NCBI GenBank assembly: GCA_017398585.1
Contig: JAFQFS010000176.1
Coordinates: forward strand, 1,611-65,610
Length of the DNA stretch: 64,000 nt
From: Clostridia bacterium
GTDB taxonomy: Bacteria > Bacillota > Clostridia > Oscillospirales > CAG-272
Direction of reading: 5' to 3'
Shown here: positions 28,441 to 38,169 of the stretch, in pieces
Layout: every line of letters starts with the position of its first letter
Position numbering within the stretch: the first letter of the stretch is position 1
Translations under genes and position numbers: made by a program
Notes under the pieces: generated by a model
Told to the model about the DNA's origin: nothing
The model's database searches: none
What the model saw: only the letters and a program-made list of their open reading frames with translations

Positions 28441-28714
28441 AATTAACCCATAGTGCCAGTTGAATACTGTAAGCCGAAGTTAAAATTTGGTTATCTTAAA
28501 TTGCCTTCCTCCGGGAGGAAGGGGGACCACGAAGTGGTGGAAGGAGAATGCGGCACTGACAATTTGAGTCGCTTTATTTTGTAGTTGATGTAAACTATTA
28601 CAGCCGCATGCCTTCGGCAGAGATTCAAATCGTTCGTACCGCGGTCTCCCTCAGTCATCTTCGATGATAGCTCCCTCCCGGAGGGAGCCATTTTACTGGC
28701 ACTACGGGTTAAAT
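28441..28714 (+). repeat. Structured ~274-bp repeat, copy 1, with ~20-nt terminal inverted repeats (MITE-like)
   Basis: The ends are AATTAACCCATAGTGCCAGT and ACTGGCACTACGGGTTAAATT. Several internal stem-loops are present. It is homologous to 55989-56235 in the opposite orientation. Confidence 0.8.
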
Positions 28715-28839
28715 TACTTTCATAATTCAACCAATATTTCTTCCGTTTTCAAATAATCATCACATTCGCACGGTATAATAGGCACGTAAAGAAAAGCGGG
28801 GGCGCAAAAAAAGAAAAGTCCCCGGGAAAGGTGATTATT

Positions 28840-30642
28840 ATGATGAACGAATTCAACCGTAATGACAATGAAATGAACGAAAATCTTCCGGATCCGACCG
28901 AGAAGAACAAGGCAGACGAAACCACTGAACCGAAGCCGGAAACCAACGAAACCGCTGACAATCTTAATACAAACGATAGATATTCCGAATCCTCATCCTC
29001 CGAACCTGCGGCACAGGAAACTCCCGCACCCGAAGCGGCTCCCGCCGACGGCGCATATTCCTTCACCCGCGACAATATCCCGAACAATACCTACAACGCC
29101 AACGCGAACGGCGGCTATGCGGACCATATGAACCGTCCGCAGCCCCAGCCTCAGCAGAATCCCTACGGCGCGTTCGGGTACGGTCAGCAGAATCCTCAGA
29201 ATCCGCAGGGGAATCCGAACAACGGCTATGCATCCGGCGGATACCGCTATAATCCCGCACAGGGTCAGCCGCAGCAGAATCCGAACGGATACGGCTACGG
29301 AAACAGCGGCAGCGGCTATAACAACGGACAGTTCACCAATTCCTACGCACCGCAGAACCGTTCCTACTACGGCGGTATGGCACAGGGCGACGGCAGCATT
29401 TCCTACGCTCCCGCCGACACAAAGAAAAAGAAGAAGGAAAAGAAGTCTTCAGGTTCCGTGTCCCGCGGCGCACTTGCTCTCGTGTGCTGCCTGACCGTGG
29501 CGTTCTCCGGCGTGTTCGGCTTCGCGGGTACTTACCTCGCAAACAGCATGAACAAGACCGTTGATGCGAACGGCAACACCGTTCTTAATTCCGGCAATAC
29601 CGCTGTGGTATACCGTACCGTGGAAGACATCGTCACTTCCACCGGCGCGGCAAAGGGCGAACCTCTTACCTACAGCCAGGTTGCCGACGTGGTCAAGGAT
29701 TCCGTTGTTGAGATCATGACCGAGTACACCGTGCAGAGCATGTGGTACCAGTATGTCACCGGCGGCGCAGGCTCCGGCGTCATCATCTCCGACGACGGCT
29801 ATATCATCACCAACAACCACGTCATCTGCGACGATACCGGCACGACTGTTGCCGACAATATCACCGTCCGTCTCACCAACGGCGAAGAATACAAAGCGAC
29901 CGCCATCGGCGCAGACGCGGATTCCGACATTGCTATTCTCAAGATCGAAGCACAGGGGCTGACCTTTGCGGTTGCAGGCAACAGCGATAACCTCGCGGTC
30001 GGCGAAGAAGTTGTCGTCGTCGGCAACCCGCTCGGCGAACTCGGCGGTACCGTAACCAACGGCATCGTCAGCGCGACCGAACGTGAAATGGAAGTCAACG
30101 GCGTAACCATGAGCCTGATCCAGTCGAACGCGGCCGTCAACCCCGGCAACTCCGGCGGCGGTATGTTCAACATGAAGGGCGAACTGATCGGCGTCGTCAA
30201 CGCAAAGTCCAGCGGCACCGGCATCGAAGGTCTCGGTTTTGCGATTCCGATCAACGAAGCGCTCCGCATCAACGAACAGCTTCTCCAGTACGGCTACGTC
30301 CGCGGCAAGACCATGATCGGCGTTCAGTTCCAGGACATTTCCAACAATATGTTTATGAATTATTATAACCTCAAGCCCGGCGTCTATGTATACGCACTGA
30401 GTGAAGGGTATAACGACACCGTGCTCGAAGAAGGCGACCGTGTCATCGCCGTCAACGGCAGCGAAATCTCCTCTTCTTCCGATATCAAGGCGATCGTGAC
30501 CGAATCTTCCGTCGGCGACAAGCTGAAGTTCCAGCTCTACCGCGAAGGCAAGCTCATCGAAGTGGAAGTTACCTGCTACGAAAAGGTGCCGGACGGCATG
30601 GAAGGCGCGGACATCCAGTTTGAGGAAGAACCGCAGCCCTGA
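28840..30642 (+). CDS. HtrA/DegP-type S1C serine protease with a low-complexity N-terminal region, TM anchor and PDZ domain
   Basis: Catalytic contexts TNNHV, DIAIL and GNSGG. There is a Q/N/G/P-rich N-terminus, a TM segment (LALVCCLTVAFSGVFGFAG) and a C-terminal PDZ-like region. Confidence 0.85.
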   Translation: MMNEFNRNDNEMNENLPDPTEKNKADETTEPKPETNETADNLNTNDRYSESSSSEPAAQETPAPEAAPADGAYSFTRDNIPNNTYNANANGGYADHMNRPQPQPQQNPYGAFGYGQQNPQNPQGNPNNGYASGGYRYNPAQGQPQQNPNGYGYGNSGSGYNNGQFTNSYAPQNRSYYGGMAQGDGSISYAPADTKKKKKEKKSSGSVSRGALALVCCLTVAFSGVFGFAGTYLANSMNKTVDANGNTVLNSGNTAVVYRTVEDIVTSTGAAKGEPLTYSQVADVVKDSVVEIMTEYTVQSMWYQYVTGGAGSGVIISDDGYIITNNHVICDDTGTTVADNITVRLTNGEEYKATAIGADADSDIAILKIEAQGLTFAVAGNSDNLAVGEEVVVVGNPLGELGGTVTNGIVSATEREMEVNGVTMSLIQSNAAVNPGNSGGGMFNMKGELIGVVNAKSSGTGIEGLGFAIPINEALRINEQLLQYGYVRGKTMIGVQFQDISNNMFMNYYNLKPGVYVYALSEGYNDTVLEEGDRVIAVNGSEISSSSDIKAIVTESSVGDKLKFQLYREGKLIEVEVTCYEKVPDGMEGADIQFEEEPQP

Positions 30643-30724
30643 GAATTCACCGAAAATTCACCGGAAAACCGTAAAAATCCCAATAAATTTCGGTTAAACT
30701 ATAGCCAATATCCACTCCCATTTT

Positions 30725-30783
30725 AAAAGTTTTTGAAAAGGGGTTCGGGGAAAAACTTTTTTCAAAAAGTTTTTCCCCGAGAA
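30725..30783 (+). repeat. Nested-palindrome repeat unit (A orientation), directly upstream of the response-regulator start
   Basis: AAAAGTTTTTGAAAAGGGGTTCGGGGAAAAAC-TTTTTTCAAAAA-GTTTTTCCCCGAGAA. Confidence 0.85.
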
Positions 30784-30792
30784 ATTTTTATC

Positions 30793-31488
30793 ATGTATCA
30801 TATTTTAGTAGTAGACGATGAAGAATACATCCGCAAGCTGCTTGTGAAGTATGCGGTGTACGAGGGGCATACCGTGACCGAAGCCGCAGACGGGATGGAA
30901 GCGGTGCGTCTCTGCCGGGAAGGCGGGTACGACATCATGATCATCGACATCATGATGCCGGAACTGGACGGATTTTCCGCCTGCCGCGAGATCCGCAAGT
31001 TCTCGCAGATCCCAATCATCATGCTCTCCGCACGCGGGGAGGAATACGACAAGATCAACGGCTTCGAACTCGGCATCGACGACTATGTCGTCAAGCCGTT
31101 CTCGCCGAAGGAACTGATGCTCCGCGTCAATGCGCTCATGAAGCGCGCCGGCGGACGGAGCAATGTGCCCGTACCGCAGAAAAACGAGGTCGTCACCCTC
31201 GCGGGCGGAGGGCTGCGCGCCGATCTTACCGCGCGTATCGTATACGTCGACGGCAAACGCACCGAAATGACGCCCAAGGAATACGATCTGTTCTTCTATA
31301 TGCTCAAAAACAAGAACATCGCTCTGACCCGCGAAAAACTCATCTGCGACGTCTGGGGCTACGACTACTTCGGCGATGACCGTACGCTCGATACGCACAT
31401 CAAGCTCCTGCGGAAAAGCCTCGGAAAATACGCCGATTATATCGTAACGCTGAGAGGGGTTGGCTATCGTTTTGACGCGGAAGAATAA
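30793..31488 (+). CDS. OmpR-family response regulator
   Basis: Receiver domain (ILVVDDE, DIMMP) plus a winged-helix C-terminus (GVGYRF). No GGAGG SD. The start lies 11 nt after the repeat hairpin. Confidence 0.9.
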   Translation: MYHILVVDDEEYIRKLLVKYAVYEGHTVTEAADGMEAVRLCREGGYDIMIIDIMMPELDGFSACREIRKFSQIPIIMLSARGEEYDKINGFELGIDDYVVKPFSPKELMLRVNALMKRAGGRSNVPVPQKNEVVTLAGGGLRADLTARIVYVDGKRTEMTPKEYDLFFYMLKNKNIALTREKLICDVWGYDYFGDDRTLDTHIKLLRKSLGKYADYIVTLRGVGYRFDAEE

Positions 31489-32962
31489 ACGGTACGGCGA
31501 CGAACACCTCTTCAGCCTGCGCGGACGGATGATTGCCGCGTTTGCGGTGTTCACCGTCCTCGTTCTCGCGATTCTGTGGGTGTTCCAGACGGTTCTGCTT
31601 GACGATATTTACCGGACGCTCAAGCTGAACGATCTTCAGAAATGCGCGGACGTGATCGAACGTGATGCGGGCACGCCGGAGACGGTCGGGACCGTTGCGG
31701 ACGGACTTGCCAAAAAATACACCGTCTGCATTTCTGCCTACGAGATCACCGGGAACGGTCCCTATAAAAACGGACGTCTGCTCAGCGAAAATCATGTGAA
31801 TTCCTTCTGTTTTATCCACAACGTCTCGTCGAGCGATCTGCTGAACCAGCTGTATCGGAATGCGTCGCAGAACGGCGGGGAATACCTCCACCGGATGTCG
31901 CTGGCGTCGATGTTCCGCGGTGGTCATGGTGAGCGGAAGGAGGATGCCGGCGAGAACGTCATTTACGTCAAGCTGATCCCGACGGAGAAATCCGAACTGC
32001 TGATTCTTCTGAACACGGAGCTTCTGCCGCTCGATTCGACCGTCGGTACCCTGCGCGTGCAGCTTCTGATCATCAGCGGGATCCTGTTTGCCGCCGCGGT
32101 GGCAATGGCGCTGATCTTTTCGGCGCGCCTGTCCAAGCCGATCCGCGAGATGAGCGGGGAAGCGTCAAAACTCGCGCTCGGCAATTACAACGTCAATTTC
32201 GACGGCGGAAACTGCACGGAGACCGTGATGCTTTCGTCCACGCTGAACCGTGCGGCGTACGAATTGTCGAAGCTCGATAAAATGCAGAAAGACCTCATTG
32301 CGAACGTGTCGCACGACCTGCGCACGCCGCTGACAATGATCGCCGGTTATACGGAAGCCATGCGCGACCTGCCGGGCGAGGCAACGCCGGAGAACATGCA
32401 GATCGTCATCGACGAAACGAACCGTCTGACCTCGCTGGTGAACGATATGCTGGAGGTTTCGCGGTATCAGGGCGGCACGCAGGTGCTGCATCCGACGCGG
32501 TTCAACTTCACGGAGGTCATCCGCACGACGCTCGAACGGTACGGCAAACTCCGTGAAAAGGACGGCTACACGATCCGGTTTGAAGCCGACCGTGATGTTT
32601 TCGTGGAAGCGGACGAAGGCCGGATCCTGCAGGTGGTATACAATCTCATCAACAATGCCGTGAACTATACGGGGGAAGACAAAACGGTCGTGATCCGCCA
32701 GACGGTACGGAACGAAGGCGGAACGGACAAAGTTCTCACGGAAGTGATCGATACGGGCATCGGTATCTCCGACGAAGACCTTCCGCTGGTGTGGGAACGG
32801 TACTATAAAGTAAACGACTTCCACAAACGTGCGAACATGGGCACGGGACTCGGTCTGTCGATCGTGAAGAACATCCTGCTCCTGCACGGTGCAGAGTTCG
32901 GCGTGAACAGTAAGGTCGGTCACGGAAGCAATTTCTGGTTCAAGCTGAAGATATGTGAATAG
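31472..32962 (+). CDS. Sensor histidine kinase
   Basis: H-box VSHDLRTPLT, N/G boxes and two TM segments. The start is uncertain (TTG 31460, TTG 31472 or ATG 31529). It overlaps the end of the RR gene. Confidence 0.85.
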   Translation: MTRKNKRYGDEHLFSLRGRMIAAFAVFTVLVLAILWVFQTVLLDDIYRTLKLNDLQKCADVIERDAGTPETVGTVADGLAKKYTVCISAYEITGNGPYKNGRLLSENHVNSFCFIHNVSSSDLLNQLYRNASQNGGEYLHRMSLASMFRGGHGERKEDAGENVIYVKLIPTEKSELLILLNTELLPLDSTVGTLRVQLLIISGILFAAAVAMALIFSARLSKPIREMSGEASKLALGNYNVNFDGGNCTETVMLSSTLNRAAYELSKLDKMQKDLIANVSHDLRTPLTMIAGYTEAMRDLPGEATPENMQIVIDETNRLTSLVNDMLEVSRYQGGTQVLHPTRFNFTEVIRTTLERYGKLREKDGYTIRFEADRDVFVEADEGRILQVVYNLINNAVNYTGEDKTVVIRQTVRNEGGTDKVLTEVIDTGIGISDEDLPLVWERYYKVNDFHKRANMGTGLGLSIVKNILLLHGAEFGVNSKVGHGSNFWFKLKICE

Positions 32963-32973
32963 GGGATGCGATC

Positions 32974-33003
32974 GGGGGAAACTTTTTTCAAAAAGTTTCC
33001 CCC
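32974..33003. repeat. Core-only copy of the repeat hairpin
   Basis: GGGGGAAAC-TTTTTTCAAAAA-GTTTCCCCC between the convergent HK and GRE genes. Confidence 0.7.
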
Positions 33004-33024
33004 AACGCGTCCTTTGTACTTTAT

Positions 33025-35166
33025 TTATAACGTATGTTCCGTCCGTTCGATGACTTCCGCCTGCATCGTTTTGGACAGCCGTACGAAATAATCGCTGTAG
33101 CCGCCGATGCGGACCACAAGGTCTTCGTACTGTTCCGGATGCTTTCTCGCTTCTTCGAGAATTTCCCGGCTTGTCACGTTGATCTGCATTTCAAATCCGC
33201 CGCGCATGAGGTACGTGCGGACGAGCGTCGCCATCACGTCGATCTTGCTGTCGTCAAAGACGGATTTCGTGAACTTCATGTTCACCGCGATGCCGCCGAT
33301 GAAGCGGTGGTGGTCCCAGCAGGTCGACGAGAGGATCGATGCCGTCGGGCCTTCGTGTTCGCGTCCCTGGGCGGGGCCGGAACCGTCGCCGAGCGGGAAT
33401 CCCGCGAGACGTCCGTCGGGGGTCGCGCCCGTCTGCTGTCCGAAGTGGTCGTGCATGATCCAGCAGAACAGGCTCGGGATCAGACGACCGTTCCGGAAGG
33501 GAACGCGGAAGTTTTCACACGTGTCCGCGATGAATTCGGAAAGCTGCTTCACGTAAACGTCCGGTGCGTCGTCGTCCCGGCAGTCGTTGCCGTACTTCGG
33601 CAGGGCGCGGATTTTTGCGAGAAGTTCCGGGGCGCTCTGATAGTTGTCCGCCATTGCCGCCTTCAGTTCGGGGAACGTCAGCTCATGTTTTTTGAAAATC
33701 AGCTGGTCGATGGTGTACAGCGCGTCCGCGGCATTCGCCACGCCGACGAACGACGGCATGATCCAGTTGTAGCGCGCACCGCCCTCCTCAATGTCCGTGC
33801 CGGTCTCGATGCAGTCACGGACAAAGCAGGAGAGAAGAGGATCGACGCAGTATTTCGCGCGTTCGTACCGGTTCAGTACCTCGCTGCGGCAGTTTTCGCC
33901 GATCCGTTTCCGGATGTGCGCGAGGTACTTTTCCACAAGTTCTTCCATGCTGCCGCATTCGTCGGGGAGCATCGCCAGCATTTCGCCGGGCAGATTCATG
34001 TACGGGCTGGCAACCCATACGTTCGATGAGGACGCGGGCGTGATTTCCACGCAGGTCGAGTGGATGTATTCGCAGGATTCGTCCGCGGGCAGACCGTAGT
34101 GACGCAGTCCCGCCTGAATGATGTCGTCGTTGAAGATTGCGGGATGCGAATGTCCCTTCGCGAGGATGCGCAGAGCGAGTTCGAGGTCTTCCGCCGGCGT
34201 GTCGGATGTGTGGCACAGCCCGACGGACGGGTAGACCAGACGCACCTGTTCGACGGCGCGCATGCACATTTTTGTCAGCTCGTTCGAGACGACCGTACCA
34301 TCCGCATAGCGTCCGCCGACCATGTAGCCGCAGGACAGACCGTTAGGCACACGGCGGTTGATCTGGATTGCCATGCAGTCGATGAGTGTCTGCGCGAATT
34401 CGTCGGTGAGGATGCCAGCGTCGCGGTCTTTTTTATAATAAGGATAGAGATAGCGGTCGGGATGTCCGAGCTGGAACTGGAGCATCGACGGGCGCAGCGG
34501 CTTCACGGACAGCGCGTACGAGATGAAGCACACACACTGCACCGCTTCGTAGAAGGTTCGCGCCGGATATTTCGGTACACGGCGGCAGTTTTCCGCGATC
34601 TGCCGGAATTCCGCCGCCTGCTTTTCGTCCTTTTCCTGTGCGGCGGTACGTTCCGCCAGATCGGCATACCGGTCGGACAGTTTTTCGACGGCGCGGAGCG
34701 TGATCCGGCAGGCTTCGTAGAAGTCCGCCTTTTTCACGGATTCGGGATCCATCGGATCGAGTGCGGCGGCTTTTTCGTCGATCATCGCGCGGATGCCGGT
34801 CGTGCCAAGCTCGAGAACGCGGTAATAGTCGATCGCCATGTGGGAATCCTGACCGACGCCGCAGTGACCGTAGCGTGCGGCGGCGTTCGCGCGGTCGATT
34901 TCCGCCTGCCGTTCGGGATTTTCCTTTGCCCATTCGGCGTAGCGCTTGACGGGACGTCCGACGATCAGTTCGCCGTGCAGGATGGCGATCGTCCAGTTTT
35001 CAAACGCGGATTCCACCGCTTTTGCCACGCGGACGGCCGTGCTGCGGTTCCAGTAGTCGTTTACATAGGCGAGGTTGAAGTAATCGTAGAATTCACTGTA
35101 CGTGACCTCCGGCTTCACGGCGGCGGCACGCAGTTTTTCAATGCGGTCGATGTCGTAAGTATTCAT
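33025..35166 (-). CDS. Glycyl radical enzyme (PFL2/glycerol-dehydratase-like family), short 713-aa form
   Basis: C-terminal glycyl-radical motif RIGGYSDYF (RIGGY at nt 33097-33111) and a TCVE Cys-loop-like motif. AAGGAG SD. The ATG overlaps the upstream stop (ATGA). Confidence 0.8.
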   Translation of the reverse strand: MNTYDIDRIEKLRAAAVKPEVTYSEFYDYFNLAYVNDYWNRSTAVRVAKAVESAFENWTIAILHGELIVGRPVKRYAEWAKENPERQAEIDRANAAARYGHCGVGQDSHMAIDYYRVLELGTTGIRAMIDEKAAALDPMDPESVKKADFYEACRITLRAVEKLSDRYADLAERTAAQEKDEKQAAEFRQIAENCRRVPKYPARTFYEAVQCVCFISYALSVKPLRPSMLQFQLGHPDRYLYPYYKKDRDAGILTDEFAQTLIDCMAIQINRRVPNGLSCGYMVGGRYADGTVVSNELTKMCMRAVEQVRLVYPSVGLCHTSDTPAEDLELALRILAKGHSHPAIFNDDIIQAGLRHYGLPADESCEYIHSTCVEITPASSSNVWVASPYMNLPGEMLAMLPDECGSMEELVEKYLAHIRKRIGENCRSEVLNRYERAKYCVDPLLSCFVRDCIETGTDIEEGGARYNWIMPSFVGVANAADALYTIDQLIFKKHELTFPELKAAMADNYQSAPELLAKIRALPKYGNDCRDDDAPDVYVKQLSEFIADTCENFRVPFRNGRLIPSLFCWIMHDHFGQQTGATPDGRLAGFPLGDGSGPAQGREHEGPTASILSSTCWDHHRFIGGIAVNMKFTKSVFDDSKIDVMATLVRTYLMRGGFEMQINVTSREILEEARKHPEQYEDLVVRIGGYSDYFVRLSKTMQAEVIERTEHTL

Positions 35167-36299
35167 GACGGTTCTCCTTCATCGGGTACAAGTTTGTTGA
35201 ACGCTTTTCTGAAAATTGAGGAAATTTTTTCGGAAACGAAGCCGAACAGCTGCGGGACATGCAGGACGACGGACAGCAGATGGCGGATCTTGTCGAGCAG
35301 CGCGCAGATGATAAACAGCGAGAAAATCACGAGAATCAGGTACGGCAGGAGCTTCGGAGATTTGATGAACTGGAGCGGTCGGATGAGCTTCCAGATGATG
35401 TTTTTGACCTCGATCTGTTCGTGGATGAGGTACACGCCGAACGCGGCGGGGGAGAAGAATTTGATGATCCACAGCATCACGCGGTTTCGGATGTTCAGGT
35501 TTACGAAGAACACGAACAGGCAGACCGACGCCGCGACGACGGGGACCGAATTGTACTGCATGAACATCTTGAGGAACGAACTGTCGAAGTCGTATTTGTA
35601 ATACAGGATGGTCAGGACGATGCGCGACGCGGCGGTGATGAGCGAGAGTCCGAAATACCACAGAAGCGGATGACGGAACTTCGGCGGATAGAGCCGCAGG
35701 TACGCGCCGATCATGTAAAGGACGGACAGCGACGCCCACGAATACCCGCCGCCGAGTGCGGCGAAGTCGATCCAGTAGGAGAAGTTCCGGAAGACGACGA
35801 ACACCCCGCAGAGAACGGCGAGACAGAGTGCATGCTGCCGCCGGTTCATGCGGCGGATCGCGAAATTGAACAGGGGAGAGATGGAATAGAGGATCACGTA
35901 CGCGGTCGCGAACCAGTAGCGTTTCTGTGTGATCGGAAACGCGGCCTGCAGGAACGCGAGCCATTTAAAGTCCACCTGACCGGTCAGGCAGAGGATCAGG
36001 TACAGCCCGCCGGAGAGGAAAACAATCTGTCCCCAGAGGAGGAGGAGCTTCTTCAGCTTGAAGTCCGTACGGCTCTGGAAATAGCCGGTGATGAGGGCGT
36101 AGCAGTTGACCATGACGTAGCAGCACGCCTCGATGATCCAGCAGATGTAGAAGTACGGTTCGCCAGGCTTGAGCCGTCCGAGAACGCCGCCGTGGACGAA
36201 AAAGTGGCTGGTGAGGATCATCAGCATCGTCACGATGCGGAGCAGATCGGCGCCGGGAACACGTACCGACGGTGCGGGGGAGGATGTGGATTGCTTCAT
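35163..36299 (-). CDS. Acyltransferase family 3 (OafA-like) integral membrane protein
   Basis: Multi-TM protein with an N-terminal LLRIV..L.I...H pattern typical of acyltransferase_3. AGGAGG SD. Confidence 0.75.
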   Translation of the reverse strand: MKQSTSSPAPSVRVPGADLLRIVTMLMILTSHFFVHGGVLGRLKPGEPYFYICWIIEACCYVMVNCYALITGYFQSRTDFKLKKLLLLWGQIVFLSGGLYLILCLTGQVDFKWLAFLQAAFPITQKRYWFATAYVILYSISPLFNFAIRRMNRRQHALCLAVLCGVFVVFRNFSYWIDFAALGGGYSWASLSVLYMIGAYLRLYPPKFRHPLLWYFGLSLITAASRIVLTILYYKYDFDSSFLKMFMQYNSVPVVAASVCLFVFFVNLNIRNRVMLWIIKFFSPAAFGVYLIHEQIEVKNIIWKLIRPLQFIKSPKLLPYLILVIFSLFIICALLDKIRHLLSVVLHVPQLFGFVSEKISSIFRKAFNKLVPDEGEPS

Positions 36300-36374
36300 G
36301 CGTACCTCCTGTGCAGTTTGTACATATATTTGGGTTTATAATACCATAAATCAGGCAGGAAGTCAATGTTTTTG

Positions 36375-36403
36375 TTGACAATATGGGGGGAGTAGGGTAT
36401 AAT
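36375..36403 (+). promoter_or_regulatory. Sigma-A type promoter (TTGACA-17-TATAAT)
   Basis: -35 at 36375-36380 and -10 at 36398-36403. Confidence 0.65.
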
Positions 36404-36433
36404 GAAGAAAAATGATCAGGAAAGGAGTGTACC

Positions 36434-36733
36434 ATGAATCATATCATCCTTACGCCTGTTGTTCTGCTTCTGCTTGGATTCGGCATCCGTTTGCTGTATC
36501 GGCGGCTGAACAGGGCATGGCTGATCACGCTCGGTATGGCGGTCGTCACTGGAATCGTATGGATTTCCTCAGCGGATCAATACCGGTATAATAATGAAGG
36601 GGAGTTTGTCCTCGCTGTTCTCAGTACCGCGTTATTTGCCGGACTTGTTCTCGGTGAAATTGCGGTACAGCTTCTCAGATATCGTAAAAAGAAAAAATCC
36701 ACCGAAAAACCATCCAAAGGAGAACCCACATGA
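36434..36733 (+). CDS. Small membrane protein (3 predicted TM segments, Lys-rich tail)
   Basis: AAAGGAG SD, hydrophobic segments, and a stop that overlaps the next ATG (ATGA). Confidence 0.65.
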   Translation: MNHIILTPVVLLLLGFGIRLLYRRLNRAWLITLGMAVVTGIVWISSADQYRYNNEGEFVLAVLSTALFAGLVLGEIAVQLLRYRKKKKSTEKPSKGEPT

Positions 36734-38163
36734 ACGAATTCATCACTTACGAAATGTTCGGTGCGGTCGGTGACGGCGTGACCGACGATATGCCCGCCAT
36801 CGCACGTGCGCACGACGAAGCGAACCGTCGCGGACTTCCGGTGAAGGCGAAGGAGGGGGCGGTTTACTACATTTCCCCGAAAGCCCTTCCCGCGACGGTG
36901 CAGACGTCCGTCGACTGGACGGGCGCGAAGTTCATTTTCGATGACCGGGACTGTGAAAACATCCATGCGCCGATCTTTCGCGTCACCGCTGCGGAAAGTC
37001 CCGTGGAACTGGCGATCCCTTCCCTGAAACGCGGTCAGACGAAGATTGACAACCCGACCGGACGTGATCTCTACGTCATCGTGAAGAACCGGAATCACCT
37101 CGACTACATCCGCTTCGGTCCGAATCAGAACAACGGTACCCCGCGCACCGACAACTTCATCGTCCGCGCGGACGGCACGCTGTCCTCCGCTGTTTCGTTC
37201 GACTTCGACGAAGTGACCGACGTTACCGCCGTTCCGATGGATCAGGAAAAACTCACCCTCACCGGCGGCGAGTTCACCACCATTGCGAATCAGGCAGAAT
37301 CGAAATACAATTACCACAGCCGCAACATCAACATCACCCGCTCGAATGTCGAGGTCGCCGGCATCACTCATCTTGTTACCGGCGAGCTGGATCATGGTGC
37401 TCCGTACGGCGGTTTCCTCAGCATCAGCGGATGTGCGTACGTGACCGTCCACGACTGTGTGTTCACCGGACACTATATCTACCAGACCATCGGCAGCGCG
37501 GGAACGCCCGTTTCGATGGGGTCCTATGACATCAACTGCGGCTCCGCATCGAACGTCACCTTCCGGAACTGCACGCAGACGACCGACATCATGGACCGCC
37601 GCTACTGGGGGCTGATCGGTTCGAATTTCTGCCGTGATCTCACCTTCGAGGACTGCCATTTCTCCCGTTTTGACGCGCATATGGGCGTGTCGAACTGCAC
37701 GCTCCGCCGCTGTACGCTCGGCTGGCAGTGCCTGAACGCCATTGGCAACGGTACGTTCGTGATTGAAGATACCCATGCGTACGGCTACGCGTTCGTCAAC
37801 CTCCGCAGCGACTACGGCAGCACGTGGCGCGGCGACATGATCGTCCGGAACTGTACCTGGCATCCGCTCGGTACCGGACGCGCGGTCTTCAGCGGACACA
37901 ACGACGGTCACCACAACTTCGGCTACGACTGCTACTTCACGGAAAATGTCGACATCGACGGTCTGACGATCGCCGAGGAAGAAGTTGACGACCGTCCGCT
38001 GTACATCTTCAACGACTACGCCGGCGATATTCCCGCAGAGGAACGGAAGTACATGCCGATCCCGCCGAAATCCGCGAAGGTCAAAAACATTCACACCAAG
38101 CGCGAAATCAGACTCTGCCCCAAGCCGGACCTCATGCCGGACACCGACTATACCATCGAATAA
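36730..38163 (+). CDS. Right-handed beta-helix (pectate lyase superfamily, Pectate_lyase_3-like) protein
   Basis: N-terminal FGAVGDGVTDDMPAI motif and an AAGGAG SD. Confidence 0.6.
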   Translation: MNEFITYEMFGAVGDGVTDDMPAIARAHDEANRRGLPVKAKEGAVYYISPKALPATVQTSVDWTGAKFIFDDRDCENIHAPIFRVTAAESPVELAIPSLKRGQTKIDNPTGRDLYVIVKNRNHLDYIRFGPNQNNGTPRTDNFIVRADGTLSSAVSFDFDEVTDVTAVPMDQEKLTLTGGEFTTIANQAESKYNYHSRNINITRSNVEVAGITHLVTGELDHGAPYGGFLSISGCAYVTVHDCVFTGHYIYQTIGSAGTPVSMGSYDINCGSASNVTFRNCTQTTDIMDRRYWGLIGSNFCRDLTFEDCHFSRFDAHMGVSNCTLRRCTLGWQCLNAIGNGTFVIEDTHAYGYAFVNLRSDYGSTWRGDMIVRNCTWHPLGTGRAVFSGHNDGHHNFGYDCYFTENVDIDGLTIAEEEVDDRPLYIFNDYAGDIPAEERKYMPIPPKSAKVKNIHTKREIRLCPKPDLMPDTDYTIE

Positions 38164-38169
38164 CAAACA

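Noticed and set aside
28491-28730. 79-aa ORF inside the structured repeat (and the 5' part of 55185-56069)
   Set aside because: It lies wholly within a palindromic non-coding repeat. There is no SD. Substitutions between the copies preserve stems, not codons.
33034-35601. Plus-strand ORFs 33034-34029 and 34060-35601
   Set aside because: They are antisense to the glycyl radical enzyme and acyltransferase genes, with shadow-frame composition.
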